This document shows, piece after piece, positions 8,530-16,930 of a DNA stretch of 64,000 bases. How positions within the stretch are numbered: position 1 is the stretch's first letter; each line of letters starts with the position of its first letter. Origin of the DNA: Candidatus Aenigmatarchaeota archaeon (GTDB taxonomy: Archaea > Aenigmatarchaeota > Aenigmatarchaeia > CG10238-14 > SCSR01); assembly GCA_016187385.1 (NCBI GenBank), contig JACPJU010000001.1, positions 8,348-72,347 of the forward strand, read 5' to 3'. The notes under the pieces were generated by a model, which worked only from the letters and a program-made list of their open reading frames with translations, made no database searches and was not told the origin of the DNA. A program made the position numbers and the translations under genes.

Positions 8530-8808
8530 CTAGCTTTTTTTCTTCCAGACAGCATTGGTTCCTTTGATTTCAAGTCCCATCTGTTCGATTTCCTTTTCTG
8601 TGTAGACTCTTTTGGTGACTTTGAAGTCTTCCGGCGGCTTCAGCACAGCTTCTGTGGGACAGACAGGTACACAGCTCCAGTCGTCCTCGCATTTTTCAAC
8701 AATCAATTCTGCGATATTGTCCTCGTCCATCTCCAAAGCCTTGAAGGGGCATACAGCCACACAGGCACCGCAACCAATGCATTTTTCCTGGACTATTATC
8801 GGCGGCAT
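8530..8808 (-). CDS. 2x[4Fe-4S] ferredoxin
   Basis: CIGCGACVAVCP and C..D.SCVPVCP: two CxxCxxCxxxCP-type clusters. Confidence 0.8.
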   Translation of the reverse strand: MPPIIVQEKCIGCGACVAVCPFKALEMDEDNIAELIVEKCEDDWSCVPVCPTEAVLKPPEDFKVTKRVYTEKEIEQMGLEIKGTNAVWKKKS

Positions 8809-9060
8809 GTTTTATTAATAACTGTGTTATGTTTAAATAATTTCAATTGATATGAAAGATAGTATGAAGAAAAGATTTGTAATATGCGAAATCAATGAAG
8901 AATATCTGGAGAAGGTCAAGAAGCAGATGAAAAATCAAAAGATGCCTCTGCCTAAGGACGATATGAATATAACAATAGCACACAAACCCCTTGTTAGTAT
9001 ACAATCTGATGACTTGTGTGATTGTAAATTATGTAGAAAAATAAGAGAAAACTTGTAGTT

Positions 9061-9339
9061 TCACCAAAACTTTATTGGTTCCCTATATCCATAATTCCTT
9101 AATATTTCTGCGACATCATCTTGTTTGTCATAAGGAACTGAAAGTACTGACACGTCTGTTAATCTTGTTCTATCGTTCGTCAAATGTCCGACATAAAAAC
9201 AGGCTATTGTGCCTCCTCTAACTAAACCTTCTTTACTTCTTAGTCCCTTTTTTTCAAGTACAAATACCCTCCCATAAGGTGTTTCTATCGGATTCACATC
9301 TCCTGAGACTCCCGGTATAGTGAAAATGCCTCTTGCCAT
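9061..9339 (-). CDS. Hypothetical protein
   Basis: 92-aa ORF. Adjusted start would give good coding length. No motif. Confidence 0.35.
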   Translation of the reverse strand: MARGIFTIPGVSGDVNPIETPYGRVFVLEKKGLRSKEGLVRGGTIACFYVGHLTNDRTRLTDVSVLSVPYDKQDDVAEILRNYGYREPIKFW

Positions 9340-9347
9340 ATAATCAC

Positions 9348-9632
9348 TTAACTTGTTTCAATCTCTCTTAAAATTTCCTTGGAATACTCGTTCAATTTCT
9401 TTGACAGGTTAATCTTGGCTCTTATCAGTTTCTGCTTTGTTTCTGGATCATTGCCTTTAGTCTGTTCTATAGTGTGCAAAAATACAAAAGCTGACTTTAA
9501 TTCAAGCCAAAAGAAAGCCCTTTCCAACGCTTTTCTAGCCTGAGAAATGTCGTTAGTGAACAAAGCCCTGTCCTTCCACATCTGGTAGTTTTTGCCGCAT
9601 GTGTCTATCTGAGTTACTATTGTCATAACCAC
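9348..9632 (-). CDS. Hypothetical protein
   Basis: 94-aa ORF, helical. Confidence 0.35.
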   Translation of the reverse strand: MVMTIVTQIDTCGKNYQMWKDRALFTNDISQARKALERAFFWLELKSAFVFLHTIEQTKGNDPETKQKLIRAKINLSKKLNEYSKEILREIETS

Positions 9633-9728
9633 TATATGGTAGTAACTTATATTTAAGCTTTGTGGTGTTTAACTATTTATAAGTGATGAAACAATAAAGA
9701 TTTAAATAATTAACTGTCCATCTATAAA

Positions 9729-10004
9729 GTGAATAAAATGCCTGAGTTTATAACAAAAGAAGAAGTTGATTCGTGGTATAAATCTGCTATGGATGGAATA
9801 GGAAGGGTTGCAGCACTTCATTATAAACAATCGCCTGACAAACCTACTGGAAGTTCTGATTATATTGTAGCTGCACATTCACTTGGGAAAACTTATACAC
9901 GTGCTTATGAACTATTAGGAATTGCAGAACAACCAACGCTAATAACTTGGGAAGAAGCATTCAGCAAACATCGATCCAATGTAGATTTAAGTAGTTTGAG
10001 ATAA
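9729..10004 (+). CDS. Hypothetical protein
   Basis: 91-aa ORF. Confidence 0.35.
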   Translation: MNKMPEFITKEEVDSWYKSAMDGIGRVAALHYKQSPDKPTGSSDYIVAAHSLGKTYTRAYELLGIAEQPTLITWEEAFSKHRSNVDLSSLR

Positions 10005-10015
10005 ATGATGATAGT

Positions 10016-10354
10016 ATGTATATCCACAGCTATAGAAATGGTCAACAAACCCTAGTCGGTCGGGATAATTTACTACTTGGACAGCGATTTACTTCACAAG
10101 ATAAGTGGGAAATTTTTGCTAATCCTCGATATAAAATGAGTTATGGAAGAATGAGAATGTCTGGAAACATATACGAACCAGTCCCAGAAACAGTAACCGG
10201 GGATCCTTCTGTAGGACTAAGTCCTATAATGGATATCGATAAATTTGATCCAGGGACCCCATGGTGGGAAATATACAGAAACGACCTTGTAATTAAAAGA
10301 ATCGAAGAAGCACCCCCAGAAGTAATTGAACAACAGAAGAAAACAATCCAATAG
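10016..10354 (+). CDS. Hypothetical protein
   Basis: 112-aa ORF, Trp/Tyr/Pro-rich. Confidence 0.35.
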   Translation: MYIHSYRNGQQTLVGRDNLLLGQRFTSQDKWEIFANPRYKMSYGRMRMSGNIYEPVPETVTGDPSVGLSPIMDIDKFDPGTPWWEIYRNDLVIKRIEEAPPEVIEQQKKTIQ

Positions 10355-10430
10355 TTTCTTTTAAAGTGCAGCTTGTGTACTATCTCATTCGTCGACGACT
10401 GTATATTTAAAGCATTTAGGAAATGGTAAT

Positions 10431-10646
10431 ATGGAAAAGTTAATTTATTCAGCCTATGAACTTGCAGATATAAAGAAGAGGCTTTTGGGAAAAGAACCTA
10501 TACCACTATGGGATGTTGTCTTCGGATTCGGTGTGGAACAGAGAGAAAATCGGACAATCAGGGAAATTCTGGACAAGTGTGGACAAAACATTGCCATAGG
10601 TCCGTTAAATGGCAAATCCGGCATTGTAATTTATTCCCTGTTATAG
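10431..10646 (+). CDS. Hypothetical small protein
   Basis: 71-aa ORF. Confidence 0.3.
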   Translation: MEKLIYSAYELADIKKRLLGKEPIPLWDVVFGFGVEQRENRTIREILDKCGQNIAIGPLNGKSGIVIYSLL

Positions 10647-11903
10647 ATTGAATATCCTGTTGTTAGCCAATGGTGCTGTAGCGTCGAATCCTTGTTCATT
10701 CAACTCTCGAGCGAAATCTTCCGTGTGCTCGCCGTGGACACAGAATATCTTCTCAGGATTCACATGTTTTATGAACTCGAACAGATCGTCCCTGCTGGCA
10801 TGACTGGAGAAATTGAGTTTTTTGACATCCATGTGAACCTCAAGGTCTATGTCTTTGTTGATGTACCTGCCAGTTTCGAGTAATGTTTTCCCGGGCGTGC
10901 CTTCAACCTGAAATCCGCTCATAGTCAGGCTGCAGTTTTTCTTGTCGAACAATTTCTGGATATACCACACAATAGGTCCGCCTTGGAGCATGCCTCCTGT
11001 TGACAGAATAACGCCAGGCTGCTTGATTATTTTCTTTCTCATTTTATGGTCTGCGACATACTGGGCTTTTTCAAGCGCCTTGTCCAGGCTTTTAGGATCT
11101 TTCAGCAGGTTCTTGTGCTGGTTTATAATCGTGATTGCCTTTTTTGCCATGCCGTCCACATACAGAGGATAGTCTATCCCGTTACTATCCAATACAAGTA
11201 ATAGTTCATCAATTCTTCCGACGGCAAAACCTGAAATAAGCGCAACACCGTCCCTGGACAGGGTATCGCGAACTGTTCTGACCAATTCCTTTTCCTGCAA
11301 TTTTCTGTCAGGATGCTCACGGTCTGAATACGTGCTTTCCGTCACCATCACATCAACTTCAGGCAGTTTCAAATCAGCACCTTTAACCAATTTTGTGTCA
11401 GTGGTTTTGTAGTCTCCTGTGTAAAGAATCTTTTTACCGCCTGCGTCAAGATAAGTCAGAGCACTGCCCGGTATATGGCCTGCATCGAATAACGTGGCTT
11501 TGGTGTTGTGGACTTTGAATGGTGATCTGAAATTAACTGGAACGAAACTGTCCAATGTTGCTTCCACGTCATTTCTTGAAAATGGCAGTTCCACGCCCTC
11601 CTCGCGGCTGATCTTTATCGAATCCAGCCACAGCAATCTTGACAATGGTTTTGTCACACCTTGTGAGAATATAGGACAATTATTTTTTTTGGTGCTGAAA
11701 ATTGGAATAGCGCCGACATGATCCAAATGGGCATGCGAGATTATTATGGCGTCCACCTTTCCCTGCACTGGTATGGGAAACAATGGCGGGATTTCCTGGA
11801 CTTTTGTCCCATAATCCATCAAAATCTTTTCGCCACCTGTGTCAACCAAGACAGAAGAACAACCTATCGACGCCATTGCGCCATGGAAAGAAACTTGAAC
11901 CAT
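10641..11903 (-). CDS. Metallo-beta-lactamase / beta-CASP ribonuclease (aCPSF2/RNase J-like)
   Basis: ISHAHLDHVGAIP (HxHxDH motif). Downstream motifs D..H.PGSA, HASRDDL (beta-CASP motif B-like) and CVHGEH (motif C). 420 aa, no KH domains. Confidence 0.8.
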   Translation of the reverse strand: MVQVSFHGAMASIGCSSVLVDTGGEKILMDYGTKVQEIPPLFPIPVQGKVDAIIISHAHLDHVGAIPIFSTKKNNCPIFSQGVTKPLSRLLWLDSIKISREEGVELPFSRNDVEATLDSFVPVNFRSPFKVHNTKATLFDAGHIPGSALTYLDAGGKKILYTGDYKTTDTKLVKGADLKLPEVDVMVTESTYSDREHPDRKLQEKELVRTVRDTLSRDGVALISGFAVGRIDELLLVLDSNGIDYPLYVDGMAKKAITIINQHKNLLKDPKSLDKALEKAQYVADHKMRKKIIKQPGVILSTGGMLQGGPIVWYIQKLFDKKNCSLTMSGFQVEGTPGKTLLETGRYINKDIDLEVHMDVKKLNFSSHASRDDLFEFIKHVNPEKIFCVHGEHTEDFARELNEQGFDATAPLANNRIFNL

Positions 11904-11988
11904 TTATGAATATTTGTATCGAAGGTTAATAAACATGACTAAAATATTTATATATCGGAAATATACATTGAATATATAAGGTGTATAT

Positions 11989-12225
11989 ATGCCCAAAGCC
12001 ATGATAAACATATCAGATAGAGCAAATAGGGTGCTGAATATTATAAAAGCGAGGTATGGTTTGAAAGACAAGTCTCAAGCTATAAACAGAATGACTGAAG
12101 AATTTGGGCAGATACTTCTGGAACCACAGTTAAGACCCGATTATGTTAAAAGGTTAAGGAAAATCGAAAGTGAAGGTACAATTTCTGAAGAGGAGTTTGA
12201 GAAGAAATTTAAAGTGAAGCTATAA
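11989..12225 (+). CDS. Putative antitoxin partner of the RelE-like toxin
   Basis: 78-aa charged protein. Its stop overlaps the start of the toxin gene (ATGA at 12222-12225), the usual type II TA arrangement. Confidence 0.5.
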   Translation: MPKAMINISDRANRVLNIIKARYGLKDKSQAINRMTEEFGQILLEPQLRPDYVKRLRKIESEGTISEEEFEKKFKVKL

Positions 12226-12491
12226 TGTTTTCTGCTGAATTCTCCAAAGAGCTGACAAGAAAACTAGAGAAACTTCAGAAAAGAAACAAAGTCTTGTTCG
12301 ATGTTATAATAGATAAGATAAGGGGGATTAAAGAAAATCCAGAACACTACAAACCATTACGACACGACATGAAAGGTCTCAGACGGGTTCATATCATGAA
12401 ATCTTTTGTGCTTATATTCAGAATAGATTATGCTAGTAATAAAATAATTTTTGAAGATTTTGATCATCATGATGAGATATATAGAAGATAA
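12225..12491 (+). CDS. RelE/ParE-family toxin
   Basis: 88 aa. ...HYKPLRHDMKGLRRVHIMKSFVLIFRIDYASNKIIFEDFDHHDEIY matches the RelE/YoeB consensus (KPL...L.G..R.HI...FVL.YRI....I.FL.F.HHD.IY). Confidence 0.7.
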   Translation: MFSAEFSKELTRKLEKLQKRNKVLFDVIIDKIRGIKENPEHYKPLRHDMKGLRRVHIMKSFVLIFRIDYASNKIIFEDFDHHDEIYRR

Positions 12492-12598
12492 GCTGATGCG
12501 ATAGATAGCTTTTCCTGTCCGCATGATTTATAAACATATTATGTCATAATAAACTGAAGTGAGATGATGAGAAGCCAATACACGGTGAAAAGTGGCCA

Positions 12599-12889
12599 AT
12601 GGGTGATGGATCGCCAATTCGTAGCGATCTTTCTAGCCTGAAGAAAGTCATACTCAAATCCCTTACTAGAAATCAGATTTTGCTTCTGAATGAAATAGAG
12701 AGTAATTCTACAAAAACTATTACAGCTCTAGTCAGCACAATATCAAAGAAATCCAAGATACCTATATCCACTCTGAAATTAAATGCACGTCTCTTGAAGG
12801 ACTTGGAACTCATTAACTACTCAGTTTCTGAACCTGTTGAATTAAGCGATTCTGGTAGGCTTGTTTTAACTTTGTTGGAGAGTGGATGA
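12599..12889 (+). CDS. Winged helix-turn-helix DNA-binding protein
   Basis: 96 aa. Predicted recognition-helix segment SKKSKIPISTLKLNARLLKDLELI fits an ArsR/MarR-like wHTH. Overlaps the start of the next gene. Confidence 0.45.
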   Translation: MGDGSPIRSDLSSLKKVILKSLTRNQILLLNEIESNSTKTITALVSTISKKSKIPISTLKLNARLLKDLELINYSVSEPVELSDSGRLVLTLLESG

Positions 12890-13958
12890 CATGAGTATAC
12901 AAAATTTATCCGAATTATCTGTAGAAGAAACTGCGGATAGTCTCAGACGATTGAAAACGCTTAATGCGGAAAGATACGATTTAAAACTAGAACCGTTATC
13001 TCATCCACTTTTAGACGGGACATTTTTGAAAGAAAGAGACGCAGTTATTCCATACGGACTTGACGGATTCAATAAACAAAATGCCGTTGTATTCACAGGG
13101 CAATGTCTGCTTAAACATGATGAAGATCCGGAATGTCCTGTTACGTTAGAAGACATGTTGGAGATATTAAAACTTAGGGACTTTCTCCAAAAGACACAGC
13201 TTCCTGCGGTATGCATGATTCCAGATAGTATATACCTTGATAAGAAATTCTTAGATCCGTGGTTTGGTGGTCATACTGATTTGAAAGAAATCCGCGAAAG
13301 AGTGGAAAAATTCGCTGATCTCTACACAAATGTCAGAAGAAAATTAACACCATCTGTTAAGCATATAAGGACAAGTGAAATTGAAGAAAAATTAAATGGC
13401 GCTAGAAATAGACTAAGTTTACCTCTATTGATACCAAAAATAAGGCAGGTTTATGGCGGTAGGTTTCTAAAAAACAAAGAGCACACACATCCTCTAAGCC
13501 AAACCATACTTGAATATGGTATGGTATCATTAATTTTACGGGATAGAGCTGGTTACACTAACAGAGAACATATTATAGTCTTCTCAGAACCAGATGAAAT
13601 ATGCAGTGTCAAGGCTACTGAATTAATTCTTGCAGAAAGAGGAGATAGGCTAAGGGCAAATAATGTTAAATCAGTAGGCCTAATAGGTCAGATACCTTTA
13701 CCTCCTTTGTATTACCCACCAGATCTGGAAAAGAACCGTATGTATGGAGCACCTAGGAAATCTAGAATTCATGTGAATGAACCAGATGAAAATATTAGAG
13801 GGAAACTTTTAGAAAATCCCTCTTTCGCATTACTTGCAGTCTACATGTCGCCCGCTACTGATCAGGATGAACTTGATTACTTGAGAGTTTATGGGACGAA
13901 GGGAGATGTTGCAGACATTTTAATAGGCCAAATTAGGGACTTTAGGAGATATTTGTAG
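12882..13958 (+). CDS. Hypothetical protein (358 aa), operonic with wHTH, Nif3 and SET genes
   Basis: Long ORF with consistent codon usage and no family recognised. Start overlaps the wHTH gene and its end abuts the Nif3 gene. Confidence 0.5.
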   Translation: MDDMSIQNLSELSVEETADSLRRLKTLNAERYDLKLEPLSHPLLDGTFLKERDAVIPYGLDGFNKQNAVVFTGQCLLKHDEDPECPVTLEDMLEILKLRDFLQKTQLPAVCMIPDSIYLDKKFLDPWFGGHTDLKEIRERVEKFADLYTNVRRKLTPSVKHIRTSEIEEKLNGARNRLSLPLLIPKIRQVYGGRFLKNKEHTHPLSQTILEYGMVSLILRDRAGYTNREHIIVFSEPDEICSVKATELILAERGDRLRANNVKSVGLIGQIPLPPLYYPPDLEKNRMYGAPRKSRIHVNEPDENIRGKLLENPSFALLAVYMSPATDQDELDYLRVYGTKGDVADILIGQIRDFRRYL

Positions 13959-13966
13959 GTGACTCT

Positions 13967-14719
13967 ATGCAGCGAGATAAAATCATTGAAAACTTGGAAC
14001 AGCTAGCACCACCGATACTTACCGATATGGACAATATAGGATTGATTGTCGATGGTAAAAATGAGATTGAAGTTATTGGTGTTACATTAGATTTCTCTAT
14101 GAACGCGATAAAGAAGGCGATAGAAAAAAAATGCGATTTGTTAATAGTGCATCACGGGCCAGAATTTAAAGAAGATAAAGAAAATGAATACATTAAGAAA
14201 AAACTTCAACTCGCCAAAGAAAATGATCTTTCAGTATTTAGAATGCATTTGAATCTGGATTTTGTTAAAAATGGACTTATGGATAGCTTTTGCAAGCTTA
14301 TTGGTCTGAAAGGGAGACCGGAAATTGTAGTTTACAAGAATACTAAGATAAAAGGCGGTGTATACTTGGCTAAAGATAACCTTACGCTAGATGATTTGAT
14401 TGAAGGGATTAAACATCTAAACCCAAAGTCGATAAGAATAGCGGGTGTCAAAAAAGGTGTTTATAGAAAAATTGCAGTAACTACTGGTGCTGGGTTTATA
14501 CCAGAATTTCTTGACCAGTTAAAACCCGATGTTTTCATTTCTGGAGAATTAACACAAGAAGCAATAAGAACAGCTGAAGATTTAGGAATTACTTTAATCG
14601 AAGTCACACATTACTTGGAGAGCAAAGCATTGGAAATATTTTCTAATAAGCTGAAGGGGATTTTGCCATTAAAGATTGAGTTCATAGATTTAGGTGATAG
14701 TTTGGAAGTGGTGAAATGA
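13967..14719 (+). CDS. Nif3 (YqfO/YbgI) family dinuclear-metal-centre protein
   Basis: 250 aa. CDLLIVHHGP matches the Nif3 DLLI(T/V)HHP motif. C-terminal GEL(T/S)..E / H..E metal-ligand region (ISGELTQE...VTHYLES). Confidence 0.7.
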   Translation: MQRDKIIENLEQLAPPILTDMDNIGLIVDGKNEIEVIGVTLDFSMNAIKKAIEKKCDLLIVHHGPEFKEDKENEYIKKKLQLAKENDLSVFRMHLNLDFVKNGLMDSFCKLIGLKGRPEIVVYKNTKIKGGVYLAKDNLTLDDLIEGIKHLNPKSIRIAGVKKGVYRKIAVTTGAGFIPEFLDQLKPDVFISGELTQEAIRTAEDLGITLIEVTHYLESKALEIFSNKLKGILPLKIEFIDLGDSLEVVK

Positions 14720-15144
14720 AAATTAAGATAGTTAATGGCGTTGATAATTTAGGTAAACGGCTTATTGCTATTGAAAAAGTAGCAAAAAATGAAGTTATAT
14801 GTAAACTAAAAGGAAAACTTCTAGATAAACCAACTTGGCAAACTTTACAAGTAGGTCCAAATAAACATTTAAAAAATCGCATTATTGATTATCTTAATCA
14901 CTCATGTAATCCAAACTCTTTCGTCGACACAGAAAAATTAGTCTTGGTAGCTAATAGAACTATTAAACAGCTTGATGACATAACTATAAATTATCTTTTG
15001 ACTGAATGCGAATTAGCCAGTCCATTCAAATGTATGTGCGGTAGTAGAAAATGTTTCAAGGAAATAAAAGGTTACAAATTTTTGAATTCCAATAAGAGAC
15101 TGAACATACCTTATTTATTAAAATTAAAAAGTAAACTACAATAG
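14716..15144 (+). CDS. SET-domain protein lysine methyltransferase
   Basis: 142 aa. NHSCNPN is the SET AdoMet-binding signature (NHSCxPN). ITINY corresponds to the ELTFDY motif. Post-SET Cys cluster CMCGSRKC. Start overlaps the Nif3 stop. Confidence 0.8.
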   Translation: MKIKIVNGVDNLGKRLIAIEKVAKNEVICKLKGKLLDKPTWQTLQVGPNKHLKNRIIDYLNHSCNPNSFVDTEKLVLVANRTIKQLDDITINYLLTECELASPFKCMCGSRKCFKEIKGYKFLNSNKRLNIPYLLKLKSKLQ

Positions 15145-15152
15145 AGGTTAAG

Positions 15153-16244
15153 ATGGACCTAGAAACACGATTAGAGCTTGTAAAGGGTGTCGGAGAGGAA
15201 ATAATAACCGAAGATGAACTAATAGAACTTTTAGGAACTAAATTACATCCGATTGCTTATGATGGTTTCGAGCCTAGTGGGCTAGCACATCTTCCGTTTG
15301 GTGTTTTCCGTCCTTTGTTACTGAAAGACTTGTCCAAAGCAGGCGTTCGTTTCAAGCTATGGCTAGCGGATTCTTTCGCATGGATAAACAACAAGATGGG
15401 CGGGGACACAAACAAAATAAGAAAAGTGGGCGAATACTTTATCGAGGTTTGGAAGGCTGCAGGCGTTAAAGAAGGGAGAGACGTCCAGTTTCTTTGGGCT
15501 TCCGATGCATTCTCCGACAAGGAATACTGGAAGAAAGTTATCCTGATTGCAAAGAACACTACAGTGAGCAGAGCCAACAGGGCATTGACAATAATGGGAA
15601 GGAAAGAAGGCGAAATGCAGGAAGTAGCGCAGTATTTCTACCCCATGATGCAGGCTGCCGATATCTTTTATCTGGATGCAGACATATGCCAGCTGGGACT
15701 GGACCAGAGGAGAGCCAACATGCTTGCACGCGACATTGCCGAAAAAAAGAAATGGAAAAAACCAGTTGTCGTCTCTCATCATATGCTCATGGGACTGGAA
15801 GGTATAAAACAACCGGAAGGATATGAAGAAAACAAACAGATGGACATAGAGATTTCCTCAAAGATGAGCAAGTCCAAGCCGCATACCGCAATATTCGTAC
15901 ACGATTCGAAGGAGGAAATAAAGAGGAAGATAAATTCCGCATTCTGTCCCGAAAAAACTGTAGAAGGAAATCCTATATTAGATTATTCAAAACATCTGGT
16001 GTTCAGAAGATTCAAGTCGATGAAGATAGAGCGTGATAAGAAATTCGGCGGTGACTTAGAATTTGATGATTATCAGGAATTGGAGAAAATGTTCAAAGAT
16101 GGAAAACTGCATCCGATGGATTTGAAGAATTCTGTCGCGGATTATCTGGACCAGATGATAGCACCAATTAGAGAACATTTTGAGAAGAACAGGAAAGCTA
16201 AAGAGCTTTATGATTTTGTAAGAAAGCAGGAAATTACACGATAA
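15153..16244 (+). CDS. tyrS: Tyrosyl-tRNA synthetase (archaeal type)
   Basis: 363 aa. AYDGFEPSGLAHL (HIGH-region equivalent), KMSKS motif (SSKMSKSKP). C-terminus KFGGDLEFDDYQELEKMFKDGKLHPMDLKNSVADYL is near-identical in pattern to the archaeal TyrRS C-terminus. Confidence 0.9.
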   Translation: MDLETRLELVKGVGEEIITEDELIELLGTKLHPIAYDGFEPSGLAHLPFGVFRPLLLKDLSKAGVRFKLWLADSFAWINNKMGGDTNKIRKVGEYFIEVWKAAGVKEGRDVQFLWASDAFSDKEYWKKVILIAKNTTVSRANRALTIMGRKEGEMQEVAQYFYPMMQAADIFYLDADICQLGLDQRRANMLARDIAEKKKWKKPVVVSHHMLMGLEGIKQPEGYEENKQMDIEISSKMSKSKPHTAIFVHDSKEEIKRKINSAFCPEKTVEGNPILDYSKHLVFRRFKSMKIERDKKFGGDLEFDDYQELEKMFKDGKLHPMDLKNSVADYLDQMIAPIREHFEKNRKAKELYDFVRKQEITR

Positions 16245-16274
16245 GTTTTTATATTTAATATTCGAAATAGTGAT

Positions 16275-16604
16275 ATGGCTGTAGAGTCAGTATACATTTC
16301 GCTAGAAGGCTTGGCAGAGGCTATGAGAGGCAAAATGTCTATTCATGATTATTTTGTAGATGTAGTCGATGCCAGAAGAAATGGCTTGGGGTCTATCCAA
16401 GTCTATAAAGGAAATGAACCTCCTGTAATGGAAGTAAGATATAGATTCTCTTTAAGGGAAGAGCCGCTTTCTCATATAAGACATCCACACGTTTCGTCTT
16501 CTTCTGAATTTGATATTTGGTTTCCAGATAAGTTGGAAGAAGATAAGAAGCAATTGTTGAGAAGCGCATACAACGACGCATTAAAATCATATGAAAGCCG
16601 GTAA
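16275..16604 (+). CDS. Hypothetical protein
   Basis: 109-aa ORF. Confidence 0.35.
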   Translation: MAVESVYISLEGLAEAMRGKMSIHDYFVDVVDARRNGLGSIQVYKGNEPPVMEVRYRFSLREEPLSHIRHPHVSSSSEFDIWFPDKLEEDKKQLLRSAYNDALKSYESR

Positions 16605-16895
16605 TTATTTCGTAAATTTGTGAAAATATTTCTTGTCTACGCATCCATCAACAACTTTAATACCGTCTTTTCTAAGCATCTTGGTTTTTGTTTCCAAACC
16701 ACCTTCCCCGCTGTATCCGCACAATTTACCTGATGACGATACGACTTTGTAGCATGGGTAAACAATAGGGTAAGGATTACTTGACATGATTCTACCTATA
16801 GCCCTAGGTGATGTCTTACATAGTCTGGCTAGAGTTCCATAGGTCGCAACCTTGCCTTTTGGTATTTTCTTCAACAGCAGAAGCGCTTTGTGCAT
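16605..16895 (-). CDS. Methylated-DNA-protein-cysteine methyltransferase (Ogt/MGMT) C-terminal DNA-binding domain protein, standalone
   Basis: 96 aa. IPKGKVATYGTLA and PCYKVV match IP.G...TYG.lA and the PCHRV(V/I) active-site motif, with the Cys retained. No N-terminal domain. Confidence 0.7.
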   Translation of the reverse strand: MHKALLLLKKIPKGKVATYGTLARLCKTSPRAIGRIMSSNPYPIVYPCYKVVSSSGKLCGYSGEGGLETKTKMLRKDGIKVVDGCVDKKYFHKFTK

Positions 16896-16930
16896 ATACT
16901 ATTTTAAGTCTAATTTAGTAAATGTAGTTT

